NCBI GenBank assembly: GCA_032718475.1
Contig: JAUCBJ010000981.1
Location: 23,308 to 87,307, forward strand
Reading direction: 5' to 3'
Origin: Nemertoderma westbladi
Lineage: Eukaryota; Animalia; Xenacoelomorpha
Length of the DNA stretch: 64,000 nt
Both the position numbers and the translations under genes were made by a program. Each line of letters opens with the position of its first letter. Position 1 is the first letter of the stretch. The notes beneath the pieces are model-generated. The model was not told where the DNA came from. It saw nothing but the letters and a program-made list of their open reading frames with translations, and made no database searches. This document shows, one piece after another, positions 1 to 12,716 of this stretch.

Positions 1-870
1 CTAATCTCACATAGTAAGGAGAAAAACTGACGATATCCCACATAGTTATGCCTAAAATTGATACTAATCTCGCATAGATAGGAGAAAAACTGACGATATC
101 GCACATAGTTATGCCTAAAATTGATATTAATCTCACATAGTTAGGACAAAAACTGACGATATCGCACATAGTTCTGCCTAAAATTGATACTAATCTCACA
201 TAGTTAGGAGAAAAAACTGACGATATCCCACATAGTTATGCCTAAAATTGATACTATTCTCACATAGATAGGAGAAAAACTGATGATATCCCATATAGTT
301 ATGCCTAAAATTGATACTAATCTCATATAGTTAGGACAAAAACTGACGATATCGCACATATTTCTGCCTAAAATTGATACTAATCTCACATAGTTAGGAG
401 AAAAACTGACGATATCGCATATAGTTCTGCCTAAAATTGATACTAATCTCACATAGATAGGAGAAAAACTGACGATATCGCATATAGTTATGCCTAAAAT
501 TGATACTAAACTCACATAGTTAGGACAAAAGCTGACGATATCGCCCATAGTTATGCCTAAAATTGATACTAATCTCACATAGTTAGGAGAAAAACTAACG
601 ATATCCCACATAGTTATGCCTAAAATTGATACTAATCTCACATAGATAGGACACAAACTGACGATATCGCACATAGTTATGCCTAAAATTGATACTAATC
701 TCACATAGATAGGACACAAACTGACGATATCGCACATAGTTATGCCTAAAATTGATACTAATCTCACATAGTTAGGAGAAAAACTGACGATATCCCACAT
801 AGTTATAACTTACATTGATTCTAATCTCACATACTTAGGACAAAAAAATTGAACATATCACACATAGTTA
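1..870. repeat. 63-bp tandem satellite (dimer of two related ~31/32-bp subunits), runs off the left edge
   Basis: ctaatctcacatag recurs at 1, 64, 127 and onward; both halves contain atc(t/c)cacatagtta...aaaa(c/t)tga; the 21-aa repeats in ORF 204..800 reflect this period. Confidence 0.95.
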
Positions 871-1439
871 AGTCTAAACTGACGATATATAATGTGATTA
901 TCGCTAAAACTTATGTTATGTCACATGGTTCTCAGGACATAAATGTAATTTGACCAGTAGATATCTGTATAAGTGACTAAATTGATAGTTAAATCATTAA
1001 AATGTTTTTTCTGTGATTAGATATCCTGAGTATATATGTAATCACACTTCACAGAGGAAATTTGCATTGGTTATGCATTGGTTTCAAGAGCACACACCTC
1101 TGTCATTAAATTTAAGAGACCACTGACAGCTGTCAACTGTTACTTAATTTAATTTAACGTAGAATTAAGATTACAATTGACTAATCCTTATTGCCTCCAA
1201 CGAGAAATTCGTGTAACTGCAGTGCATTAAATTAGGGTAATAACATAGTCCAGTCAATCGGCTACTCACTGAAAGGGAGCCCTGAAAAATAGCAAGAAAG
1301 CAGTACTAGTTTAGGTACTAGTTCGCCATGTCGACACCTCTGTCTAATTTTGTACTACTTTTTGTAATTTATAAATATTCTTTAATTCTTCTTCTAAAAT
1401 TAAAATATTATGTCTGATACGTGCACTATTTATTCAGGA

Positions 1440-2480
1440 AATCAAAAAATATTGTTTATTTGTTGTAAGTCACTTTTTTTGTCAAAGTCGTTAACAAGTT
1501 TGACAAAAAAAGAACACTTTTTTATCAACAAAAAAAGTAATGCTTCCATGACATGAATAATAATATTGCATTTAAATGGATAATAGATTAAATAGATAAT
1601 TTATAATACAGTACTAGCTAGATTTTGACAATTTTTTTATAAATGTTATAGAACACGCATTGGCTATCAATTTTGATAAACATTTTTGTTATAGAACACT
1701 TTTTTTGTTCTAGAACATATTTTATATTTTTTATACTAGCTAGGTTTTTCTACTTTTTCATAAATGTTATAGAACAAGTGTTAGTTGTCAATTTTGATAA
1801 ATATTTATTTTCTTGAACACATTTTTTTTCTCGAACATTTTTTGGAAAAAATATCATACTAATATCAGTAGGTCAAATATTTGTTCTTAAAAAAAAAACC
1901 TCATTATAAAAGTGTTAGTTATCAATTTTGATAAATATTTCTGTTCTTGAACATATTTTTTTCTAGAACATTTTTTTGGAAAAAATATCGTACTACTGTC
2001 AGAAGGTCAAATATTTGTTCTAGAAAAAAAAACCTCATGATAAATGCCATTTTATATTAAAAAAAATGGTCAAACTATGGGTACCCAAGGTATAGTAATG
2101 CCCGTATTTCACTATGGAAGAAGCTTCGATGGACGATGTTTATGCTGAACTAGGCCCAGATAAAAGTGAGAGAAGACTTACAACAAATAAAAGGGCGTAA
2201 GTGGTGGCAAAAAGTAACATTTTTTTGTCTTTCTTTTGTAGTTATAAAAAAAGCCTACTTTAATTTTGCCACCACTTAACTAGTTATTATTTGTGGTAAG
2301 TCAATTTCTTTCTGAAATTCGTTAACAAGTTTGACAAAAAAAGAACACTTTTTGTCAACAAAAAAGTAAAAATGTTTAATTAAATTTCAAAGTCATTTCC
2401 ATGACATTGATTTTTTATACTAGCTAATTTTTTATAAATGTTATAGAAGACGTGTTAGCTATCAATTTTGATAAATAGAT
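1440..2480. repeat. AT-rich remnants of a non-autonomous DNA transposon related to 3215-4341
   Basis: Repeated ttctagaaca and atcaattttgataaa blocks; gttaacaagtttgacaaaaaaagaacac is duplicated at ~1490 and ~2321; a TIR-like end atgggtaccca...tagtaatgccc lies at ~2078-2103; limits approximate. Confidence 0.55.
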
Positions 2481-2489
2481 CAAATAAAT

Positions 2490-3082
2490 TGTGACGGGAT
2501 CAAGGGATCCCGACCGGTTTGTTGAACTACGCGTCACCGCGATATTGAGAATGGGAAAAGTTTGTTGTTATCTCTTTGATTCTTTAGTAATTAATATCAA
2601 TCAAATGAATAGTCAATAATAGCACAGTTGTGATGGATAATGTATGTGTATTGTATACTGGTAATAGGATAATAGGTGATGGTGACGGTGACGGTGGAAA
2701 ACATCACCGGTCTGTACTGAACTGAATGACTGAGTAAACTGACTAACTGATATAATTAACTGATAATGTATGTATTCATTCCTACATTACTTTGGCCTTT
2801 GTCCAGTGGATACTTTTCCCGGCTCCCATTGGTTGATGACCTACTTCACGCCTCTCACCTCTGTGGGAGTGCATCCCCCCCCCCCCCGCTGTTGGTTATC
2901 TGCCCTCTCGAGGTGGTTTGACCTCTAACCTCCCTTTGTGTGGCTTTTGGGGTGTATGTTATCCCCGTTATTGGGCGTGATACGAGATTGGTTGTTATCA
3001 ATCTCGTATCTCCAATATTGCTGAAAAGGGCGCCACTTCCCAACTTTATGGGGGTAATGAGGCGGAATTGTATCCGCTCACA
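2490..3082 (-). mobile_element. Solo LTR of the BEL/Pao-like family
   Basis: TG...CA ends (tgtgacgggatc ... ccgctcaca) homologous to the LTRs at 25016 and 58528; flanks TAAAT/TAGAT form a 5-bp TSD with one mismatch. Confidence 0.85.
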
Positions 3083-3214
3083 TAGATTTTTGTTCTAGAA
3101 GATATTTTATTTTTTTTGTTCTAGAACACGTTTTTATATATTTTTTTTTAGTACCGGTAGCTAGTTTTTCTACTTTTTTTAAAATAAATGTTATAGAACA
3201 CGACGTCACCCTTC

Positions 3215-4341
3215 GGTACTACTATGTTATGGGTACCCACTTTTTAAACAAATTTTTTCATATGAAAATGGCTTTTATCATTAGGTTTTTTGTTCTAGAA
3301 CAAATATTTAACCTTCTGCCAGTACGATGGTAGCTAGTAATTTTGATTTTGTGTTAGCTAGTACTTTTTATTAGCTAATGAAAAAATTATAATTGAAAAA
3401 TTGAAAAAAAAATTTGACCAACTTTTTTTGTAAAAATGTATTTTATTATGAGGTTTTTTTTATTTAGAAAAAATGTTTGACCTTCTGACAGTACTGTAAG
3501 ATGTTAGCTAGTACTTTTGATTTTGTGTTAGCTAGTACTATTTATTAGCTAGTAAATGTAAGATATACCGGTAATTTAATTCTCAATTATATATTTGCAT
3601 GGAATAATTTATGAGTCATGGTGTAGATAGTAATTTTTATTTGATAGTCAAAGTAGCTAGTAATTATTCACTAGCCATTTTTTCTATATTTTATACAAAA
3701 TATAGATGTCAAAATAGAGTTTTTACATATTTTACTTATTTAGGTCTATTTTACTTATTACTAGATTTATTAACTTTTTATTAATTGCGAGAATATATTG
3801 ATGATATGGAAATTGTCTAAATAAAAGGGGCACTACAAAAATGTCTTTTGTAATTTTAAGATCACTAGCTACCTTTAAAAACACTACCTGTAGCTACCAT
3901 AATAAAAAATAATAGCTATCCTCTCTCAGAAGGCGAAAAAATTTATGTTCTAGAACGAAAAAACCATCTTGATAATATCCTTTAACATGGTCCAAAATAT
4001 TATTTTGTAATTTTAAGATCACTAGCTACCTGTAAAAAAAGCTACCTTAATAAAAAATAATTGGTAACCTCTCTCAGAAGGTGAAATTTATATTCTTGAA
4101 CGAAAAACATCATGATAATATCCAATAACATGGTAAAAAAAATTAGGTACCAAAAATGTGGTTTTGAAATTTTAAAAACAGTAGCTACCTAAACGAAATC
4201 ACTAGCTAGCATAAAAAAAATAATAGCGAACATCTAACAGAAGATGACATTAATGTTCTAAAACAAAAAACCTCAAGATAATAGCCATCAACATTGTCAA
4301 ATAAATGGTCAAAAAGTGGGTACCCATAACATAGTAGTGCC
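3215..4341. mobile_element. Foldback-like MITE with TIRs and mirrored subterminal repeats
   Basis: ggtactactatgttatgggtacccactttt (3215) is the inverse of aaaagtgggtacccataacatagtagtgcc (ends 4341); internal blocks also mirror. Confidence 0.75.
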
Positions 4342-4689
4342 TAAATCGATATAATTCTAATTATTTTTGTATTAGAATAGTGTATATTTTTTATTTTTTG
4401 TTCTAGAACTCTTCACTGTTGCCATGGTAACCGAAATAAGGAATATTATAAAATTGAAACTAGATATTTTGTAATTCAGATACGACTTAGTACGATTTTT
4501 TTTTAAATTTACTAAAATAATATTTAATTTACTAAAATTACACTTTTATTTACTTTATTTTTGTAGGAGACCTGATAGACTTTCACATTTACAGCGGAAT
4601 CATATTTTGTTTAGCAAAAAATTAAAAATCACTAATTAATGTAGAGTTAAGAGTTATTTTGCATGGGGTCTTTATGGTAGATGTTGGGT

Positions 4690-7110
4690 CTGTCGCGACA
4701 TTGGAGTGGATGATCGACGTTTCCGAGATGTTGCGGCGCACCGGACGATGTGAAGCAGATCGGCAACCTCGGAGGCAGAAGAGAGTGGAGTGGAGCAAAG
4801 CAAAACTCAGTTTCCATCGCACCCAGGTTATGGACTGACAGTATCGCAGTTCCTGCATTTCAGCCAGCTTGTGAGCCAGACGAGGGCCAAATCGTTTGCC
4901 AATGGTGTCATGCCCACAAACGTAGTGAATATCATAGGAACAAAGTTCCCGTGTTCCACTTCTCTCACCCGCTCCTCATACTTGCGGATCTTCCGATCCT
5001 CATCATGATAGCGGTGCGCCGCCTCTAGGGACATAGCTGCATTTGTGTTGGCTAGCGGGTTGAAGGCTGACACATCGATAAACGACCTCTGAAAGCAGTT
5101 GCCCCAGAAGCCACTCATCCACACGTCCAATCTAGACTGTTGGTCTGTGGAGGTGGATCTCAAGGCGAAATGGTCGCCCATCAGTGGCTGGAGCATGGGC
5201 TTGACAGCCACATTATGGGACACCTCAGTCAGGGTGTCGGCCAAAAAGTCGCGGATCTCATTGTGCCTGATGGAGGGAAATCCCCCCGTGGGGCACAAAA
5301 GGACGTATGAAGGAGAAAATCGCACCCCCCCCCCCCCACAAGCACAATGAGATGGCAGACTTCATTGCTTACATCCATAACACAGGCAGAGCACATCGCG
5401 GAACTCCTCTTTGTCCAGGTGTGTGTCCTGCAAAGTCAGAGGCTTGCTTTTGAGCCAGGACAATGTGCATTTCTTTGACGTCAGCTCACAGAGCTTGCGA
5501 TGTTGTGGGGAGATCTTACCATACGTTTTTTTCAGCTTTTGCTGCTGTCTCCACCAACGACTGCACCTTCACCAGAGTCACTGCATGTTTCTGCAGTTCG
5601 CGGACTGCTAACATGGTATCCGGAGATGCACACAGGAAGGGTTCGCAAATGCAGCGGGAGTTATTGTACTGGGCGCTCAAATTGGACGGAACTGGAACTC
5701 CCAACCCACCATAGTGAACAGACAAAGAAACCAGCTGTCGCTCCTCGTGGGAGATACCTGGATGGTCAACCAGGCAGCTGAGGAGTTGGGTCACCAATTC
5801 TTCTAATTTCCAGAAATGAACTGTGGCGCTTGGGATGACGTGGGACATGAATTGCCACCGACACGACAGGCCAAATACCAACCCTGTATAAAATGCGTAT
5901 GCACAGTGTCGGTCAACTGTGGCAATGTCGGTGAGGCGGTCCACCTCACCAGAGAACTGGTCGACCTTGTTGGCGATGTACTGACGTCGGAACTCTTCAG
6001 TACCAGCGACTCCACCGAGGAGTTCATGTCCCACTGAAATCACGCAGATACCCATAATGGCAAATAGTAACTCTGCCTCATTGCGCTTCTCCTCCTTCAC
6101 TGTAAGGTGGCACTTTGACAGAAAGTAGCCATACAGTAGGCCTCTCTTGGATACGACGTCCCAGAACTTATGGAGCATGGGGAGTTTCCCTGCCGCATTT
6201 CCATCACCCGCAAACCACTGCTGTTCGGCCCCACATGCATCATCCAACTCCACCAGCAATGGCATAATTGCCATGGCTACGGGGTCCCCCTGGGTGGTCC
6301 CCTCCTCCGAAAGCAGGGTCTCTCCTCCAACAAACAGCCTCATAGGGTGGCTGTAGCAGTTAGTAACAATAGCCCGGAGCGCTGGGCACACATAGCGGAT
6401 GTCATGTATCGCTGCCTGCCGATTCAGCACATTAAACGCATTAGTGGTGTTGATCTGTAGCAGCGCATTACAGTCCTCCTCTTTGAATGCATCGCTGAGG
6501 CTGTGTATGGCATACTCTATCCCAGCCTTCTGGCCGAGACAGAGTTGTGTCTCTCCGCCAACTGTCTGTAGGTCCTCCCAGATATAGTGGATGACCGATT
6601 TCCCAATGACACAGCTCAGCACCTCACCAATCCTGATGGGTCGTACGCCAGGGTTCTTGTCGAGTACCAGTAACCAGGCATTGAAGAGCATAGACACAGC
6701 CTTTGGAGGGACCACTGTCTGCGCGATCTGTTTGGCCCACCCTGCTACCTGGTCACACAGATCAGTTGACTGGCTGTGAAACTTGGCCATGAGGTGATTC
6801 CACCCCTGAACATTAAGTCCAGAAGCGCCCACTGCGTTTCCCTTCATTCACAGTAGACTGGCGACTACTACCTGGCCATCATTCCCCTCAAATATCACTC
6901 CATGGTGCTCTAGGGCACCTCAAAACTCTGTGATGAGGGTCGAATCGTCCTCTGGTTGCGCTGGGGGGTGTTTATCTCGCAGTAGTGCTTTGCACACAAC
7001 CTTGGTGTTGCCATCCTTGTCCTTGAATGCATCATTAAGTTGTGCCAAGGGCTTCCCCCGATTGAGTTCACTAAGGCATCGTTTTCGCAGCTGACACATT
7101 GCCAGTCACC
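4690..7110 (-). mobile_element. CRE-clade non-LTR retrotransposon (RT + restriction-like endonuclease), decayed, 5'-truncated
   Basis: ORF 5516..6847 carries RT motifs LDKNPGVRPI, NAFN, EEGTTQGDP, WFAGD (decayed YADD); ORF 4828..5325 has C-GG-IRHNEIRD, RLDV-GFW, FIDV and K-RKY of an RLE; frameshifts present; limits approximate. Confidence 0.88.
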
Positions 7111-7131
7111 ATACCACTTAAGCTAACTTAA

Positions 7132-7277
7132 TTCGATTTAGAAAATCTGCAGAACTACAGAATAGAAATACGATTTAGTAAATCTGCACAACTACAGTAC
7201 AAAAATACGATTTAGTAAATCTCCACAACTACAGTACAAAAATACGATTTAGTAAATCTTTACAACTATAGTACAAA
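7132..7277. repeat. 37-bp minisatellite, left part
   Basis: aaatacgatttagtaaatctgcacaactacagtacaa; cgattt at 7171, 7208, 7245. Confidence 0.9.
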
Positions 7278-7278
7278 C

Positions 7279-10200
7279 ATTTTTTTTACTTACTAATTGA
7301 TATTATTACAACAAACAAATACAAACAATAAAAAACACAAAACAAACAATGGCTCTAATACCCACCACCAGGAAACAATCATACTTTAAAAAGAAAAACT
7401 TTTAGGTAGGAGCGGGAAAAGTCCAACAATATATATTATTTACAGTTTTATTTACATGGCTAATGTTGGGAGACCGGCCCCGTCCTCAAATCCCAGACCG
7501 CTACGCCACCTCGTGCGAGATCCACGCAGGCAGTGGGACGTACCGCAGACAATGGCGAACTACACTCGTGTGCGGACCCATCCCATAATGGTGGCGTAGG
7601 GTTTACCCCAGCAGCTGTGAAGTTTGGTGGCGATAATGCGGATCAGCATGTTCGCCTGCGGTGCCAACACTACGTCACACGAAGCCACGAAAGGTGAGAA
7701 GTCGCCGCGACGAGCTGCTACAGCAGCCGCGTACAACCGCTTCTTCTCATCTTCCGTAGCCTCGAGAATGGTCATAGGAGCACGTTTAGCGTAAGACTCG
7801 GCGTCAATGTTGGTTGACCTGATATCGATCAATGCCTGAGCCTGTGTGTTAAATGTGCCCCTAATCCCTACATCGCAACGCAGCCCTGCTCCATCACCAT
7901 CCTCCATCTGCTCCCTCACCACCGGCTCCAACATGACATTGCGCGGCCCAAACGCCAATGCAGCAAGGTCACCCACGGTGTCGCGCAACTCACTGTGGCA
8001 CTGGATGACATTCTTACAGACGATTCTTACAATTCAAACCGTGGTTCAAATCAAAGGCGGCCCCGCATCCGTCGCACCGACTGGGAATGCCGAGGAGGGG
8101 TCTCCCGTACCGAACTGCCACCATATCGCAGAATTCTCGTGGGGAAAGGTCATACTGGAGGTCAGCACGGGGGAGAGAAGAGATCCAGCTGCCGGTTTTG
8201 TACTCCGCTGCTCGGCGGATTGTGTGGCAGCGGTGTTCCGTCAATGCCCCCAGTGCCTCCTCGAACTCGGAAATCTCAGCCAGCTTCCTGGTCTCACCAT
8301 CCTCCTTCCTTGCCCTCACTAAACATTCCCAATGAGCTGAGAGATCAAACTCCTCTGTTCCAGCCATCGCACCACAGAGAAATCGGGTCCCTCGGGTTGA
8401 GACGAGGTACGACGGGTCGGCCTCGGATACCAGGTTTCGCAGACCCATACCTCCGCGTTGTGGGGACAAACTGAAGAGTTTGCGCTCGTCCGGCGTGATG
8501 GACCCTCCGAGCATGGCAGGGAGAAACCATTCGGCAATGGCAGTTTCAAGGACGGTGAATTCCTCTTCGCAGTCAGCGGTGACCCTCTGTATGTAGGCCC
8601 ACTCGCGCTGCAGCGAGCAAACCATGTCTGAGAAGGCCGCCTGCGGCTGGGAATCCGCCATGGTTGCCAACACGTCAGTCGCATCTACCCATGCCGCTAC
8701 CTTCGCCCGGACGAACTGGCGCTGCTCTCCTGCACTCCCGAGGAACCCACTGAGAAATCGGTGTCCTGTGACCACTTTTACAGGGTGGTCACGGAACACT
8801 CTGCGGGCCTCATCTTCATATTCCAGGGCTACCACCAGGTAGCACTTCGACGGCTCGGGATTGTAGCCAAAGGATGGTCCAATGTCGATCAGCCTCTCGA
8901 ACCACCGCAGTAAGTTGGCGAGTTTGCCCGCCCCGGCCGAGTCGTCGGCGTACCAGCTCTCGCGAACCGAAGGTGGCGGATCAACTGGAGGGCTCCGGTG
9001 GCATACATGAGCATTGCCAGTGGGTCGCACTGAGTTACGCCCTCCGCACTGAATATGATGGTATCCGTCCCCTTCATCACAAGGATGCTGTGACCACGGT
9101 AGCTATTATAGAGGAATGTGGAGCAATGTGGCCACAGGCAACGTGTGTTCCACAACACAGCCACCCGGTTGAGTGAGTTGAATGCGTTCGCCGCGTCCAC
9201 CAATAGCACGCCCCAACCCTAGTCAGCGTTGTCCTCAAAGAGTGACGACATCGAGTGTATCACCGCCTCAACTCCGGCTTAGGTCCCCGCGGACAGCTGT
9301 TCGGCGCCACACGTGATGGTGACATTGTCCCCTGTGATCATGGCCATTGCGCGGGCCATTATCCAGCGAAGACACTCCCCGATTCCGATAGGCCGCACAC
9401 CCGGACACTTATCCAGCGCAATAAGTCGGCCAGACATCAGCGCACGGAACGACTCCCATGAGACGACAACGTTCGCTAGTGTGCGGGTGAATGCAGCCAC
9501 AGTGTCACGAAGTCGCTCGCTGTGGGCGCCATAGTGGAGCAGGTAAACCCGCCAGTGCGTTGAGTCGCTGCCAGCGGGCCCACTCCCACCGTGGGGCCGC
9601 CGAGCGACATCCTCAATGTGTGCCGCAGTCACATCGACATCGACTTTAAGTGGCAGCTCGCTACAATGGATGGTTGAGTCCGAGTTGGGAGGAGCCGCTG
9701 CAGGGTGTTTGTCCTGTACAACATCGATGTCTGCTTCTGGTTCCAGAACTCCTCCTGAATCTCGTCCCATCACCCAACGGACCGCGCTCCTAACCTTGCC
9801 CTCTAGCATGAGCCTCATGAACACTCGGACAGTGTGGCCGATATCCTTATCTGAGGGCTGAGTTCCACTGTGCCTCCCTGAAGAATGCAGAGAGGAGCCG
9901 CACCTCCTGTAACAGAGTGTCTATCTCGCTGGAGCACCACATCACCACCCTGCGGCTGATAAGGCGGCGAATATCGGCTGCCTTCGCGATCTTCGGATCT
10001 CAGTGAGTGATCAGTGCATCAGCCATCATCAGTCATTCGGAATGAGCCAAGGCGTCCCCCCAACTGAGTCCCGCCACCAAGTTCCGGACCTCGGTGTCGA
10101 GGAGAGACACGACATCCCTTCCAACGGAACCACCTGGAAGTCTGTATCGTGATCCCTGCAGCTGGGTGACTCTGCGCCACTGGTGTAGTAGGTGGTCAGG

Positions 10201-10732
10201 AGGAGCCCCTCTGCCGCTAAGTGGTGCACCAAAAGCTCTTTCCATAAGACCTTCAGGGTCTACACTCTGTGGAGGACCTGAAGCACCAGGTAGCCAGAAC
10301 TGATCGAAAGTGTCCATAGGTTTGACCCTGCTTCTGTTTGGAAGGAGTGTGGAGCCAACTCCTGACAGTGGCGTCCGTGGGTGGAATCTGTTGATCGGTG
10401 GCGTTTGTGGGCGGCATCTTTTGAAGAGTGGCGTTTTTGGGCTGCTTCTTTTGAAGAGTGGCGTTTTTGGGCAGCGTCTTTTGAACGGTGGCATTCGAGG
10501 GTGACGTCTTTTGAACGGGGGCGTTCGTGGGCGGCGTCTGTTGAACGGTGGTGTTCGTGGACGGCGTCTGTTGAACGGTGACGTTCATGGACGGCGTCTG
10601 TTGAACGGTGACGTTCATGGGCGGCGTCTGTTGAACAGTGGCGTTCGTGAGTGACGTCTTTTGAACGGTGGTGTTCGTGGGCGGCGTCTGTTGAACGGTG
10701 GCATTCGTGGGCGGCGTCTGTTGAACGGTGGC
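7279..10732 (-). mobile_element. Second, distinct CRE-clade RLE non-LTR retrotransposon (pseudogenised)
   Basis: ORF pieces 10033..10494, 9279..9824 (ALDKCPGVRPIGIGE), 8889..9209 (DAANAFNS, EGVTQCDP), 8014..9030 (WYADD, CDGC-HGLNC knuckle) and 7560..7988 (RCDV-IDIR-EKKRLY); A-tail at ~7280-7287; candidate TSD AGTACAAA at 7270-7277 and 10733-10740. Confidence 0.9.
10370..10732. repeat. 30-bp GC-rich tandem repeat at the 5' end of the CRE element
   Basis: gcggcgtctgttgaacggtggcgttcgtgg, about 12 copies; gives 10-aa repeats in the ORF track. Confidence 0.92.
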
Positions 10733-10860
10733 AGTACAAAAACACGATTTAGTAAATCTGCACAACTATAGTACAAAAATACGATTTGGTAAATCTGCAC
10801 AACTACAGTACAAAAATACATAACTAACAGTAAATCTGCACCACTACTAAAACAGTACAA
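10733..10860. repeat. 37-bp minisatellite, right part
   Basis: The same unit as 7132-7277 resumes directly after the CRE element. Confidence 0.88.
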
Positions 10861-11200
10861 ATGACCTAATATCTCTAAGTATTATTTCCAACCCTTTAGC
10901 TACCCCATCAACCCATTGATTTACCGCTGCTACACTAAGCTGGTCCGCTTCGACCGAAGTTATCTTATATATCGCTCTAACACCCAGGGATGTTATACTT
11001 AAGCTTTCTAGTATTTTACGTCTATGTAAATCATTCTTTCTTGCTACTGATTATATTAAATTGAATTGTGGAATATGACCAGCTTCTACACAGTATATTT
11101 ATTTACAGTATATAAATTTATATTATATTTATTAATAATAACTTAATAATTACTTTTATCGACCTAAGAATCTTTTATAAACATAGCACCAATAATAAAT

Positions 11201-11250
11201 TAGAGCGTCAGACTTTGAACCCGGAGTCCACCAGTTCGATCCCACCTGGA
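11201..11250 (+). mobile_element. tRNA-derived SINE head remnant
   Basis: tagagcgtcagactttgaac...gttcgatccc contains the D-arm end, an anticodon-like loop and a B-box; no complete cloverleaf. Confidence 0.45.
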
Positions 11251-12492
11251 CGTCATCGCCGACTTTGCAAAGCTGTGTCCAACAAAAGTTATAATAATAT
11301 GAAACCACTCATTCACCCATAACACCAACAATAAACAATTTTTTCGCGCACCATCCCCATTGAAGTGACGTGCTACAATCAACAACTTACCTGTATCACT
11401 GTCATGAACGCCAAAGTTCGGTGGTTCGATAGTATATGAATAGTTTAACATCATGAACTCTATGGAGTTGCAATAAGCTGAAAGTAATAATATTTAAAAA
11501 TATTAGCTCGATCTACTAAAAAAGTTAATCTATATTTAATCTATATCAGTCTCCCTTAACCCTATTAGTACCGGGCTAAAAAATGTTGTACAAATAATTG
11601 GGGGTGGGGGGTGATGGAGGGGGGGGGGGGGGGGGTCATATTGACCCCCTTCTAAAATATACAATTTTTAACGTAAACGTCTGAATTTATTAGTACGTAG
11701 ATTTCAGATTTCACTAGTCTGAATCAGACAGGAAAAAAATTTCGAAAAAATTTACTGGGATGGTTATTTTTCAGTACCAACATTTCAAGTAAGTGAACAA
11801 TTTTCAAAAAATTTGAGTGACAATTTTCAGCTAATCATTTTTAAGTACATGTTTTCTGGGGCGCTGAATCCATTGGAAAATATTTAAAATGAGCTGATTA
11901 CTATAAATGGCAGTTTTAGTCCACTACATAGGATTGAAAAAAAAGTAACCCGCACTTTTCAGTTTGAACACACAATTTTAATTCACTTATACGATGCTAA
12001 AAATTAACATCTTAAGGTTTTCTGGGGCGCTGATTCTAATGGAATACATTTCTAATGCTCCAGATCATTGCTACTCGTATTTTTCGGCGTAATATGGCAA
12101 ATTTTGATGGTAGCACAAAATGTCATACCCATCACTAAAATTTCACCAAGTTTGAGACGTTCAGTGCTGTTTTATGATTCCATCTGATTCAGGACCCTCA
12201 TAACGCAAGAAACAAGATGATACTATCTATTGATCGATTTGCTTATTTTCATAAATTTGGTGCTGGCACAACAATTTTCACCCACCGGCAAAATTATGTT
12301 TCAAAAACTCTTATCCAATTTGTACTTATTCCATAGAATTCAGAACCCTCACAAACCCGTATAACGCAAGAAACAGGGTGACATAATCAATTGATATATT
12401 TGATGGGTATCAAAATTTGGTGCGCTCTTAATAATTAATTTAATAATAATTAATAATTATTAAGAGTGCTCTTAATTAATAATTTATTATCT

Positions 12493-12716
12493 AGAGCTCA
12501 CTTCATAATTCTTGATTTGATTGGTTGGACTGAATTGGTGGGAAGTTGAAATGCATACAGAGTAAGCCAGGTAACGGTTTAGGGTAGAACCGGTACGCTA
12601 ATTAATTATAAATCTGTTACCGGTCTGCGAGTGTATAGAATAAATGAGATCAGGTATTTTGAACTTCCCGCTAAATCAGACCAACCAATCAAATCACGAA
12701 TTATCTAGTGTGCTCT
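12493..12716. mobile_element. Short MITE with ~60-bp TIRs
   Basis: agagctcacttcataattcttgatttgattggttggactga...gggaagtt is mirrored by aacttcccg...tcagaccaaccaatcaaatcacgaattatctagtgtgctct. Confidence 0.75.

Noticed and set aside
1-800. CTGACGA in every satellite unit as a hammerhead core
   Set aside because: No correctly placed GAAA or stems I and III
204-800. 198-aa ORF as a real membrane protein
   Set aside because: It is a translation of the 63-bp satellite
3066-3082. aattgtatccgctcaca resembles the lac operator (vector contamination)
   Set aside because: It is the LTR terminus, with diverged homologs at 24543, 25548 and 58528; no other vector sequence is present
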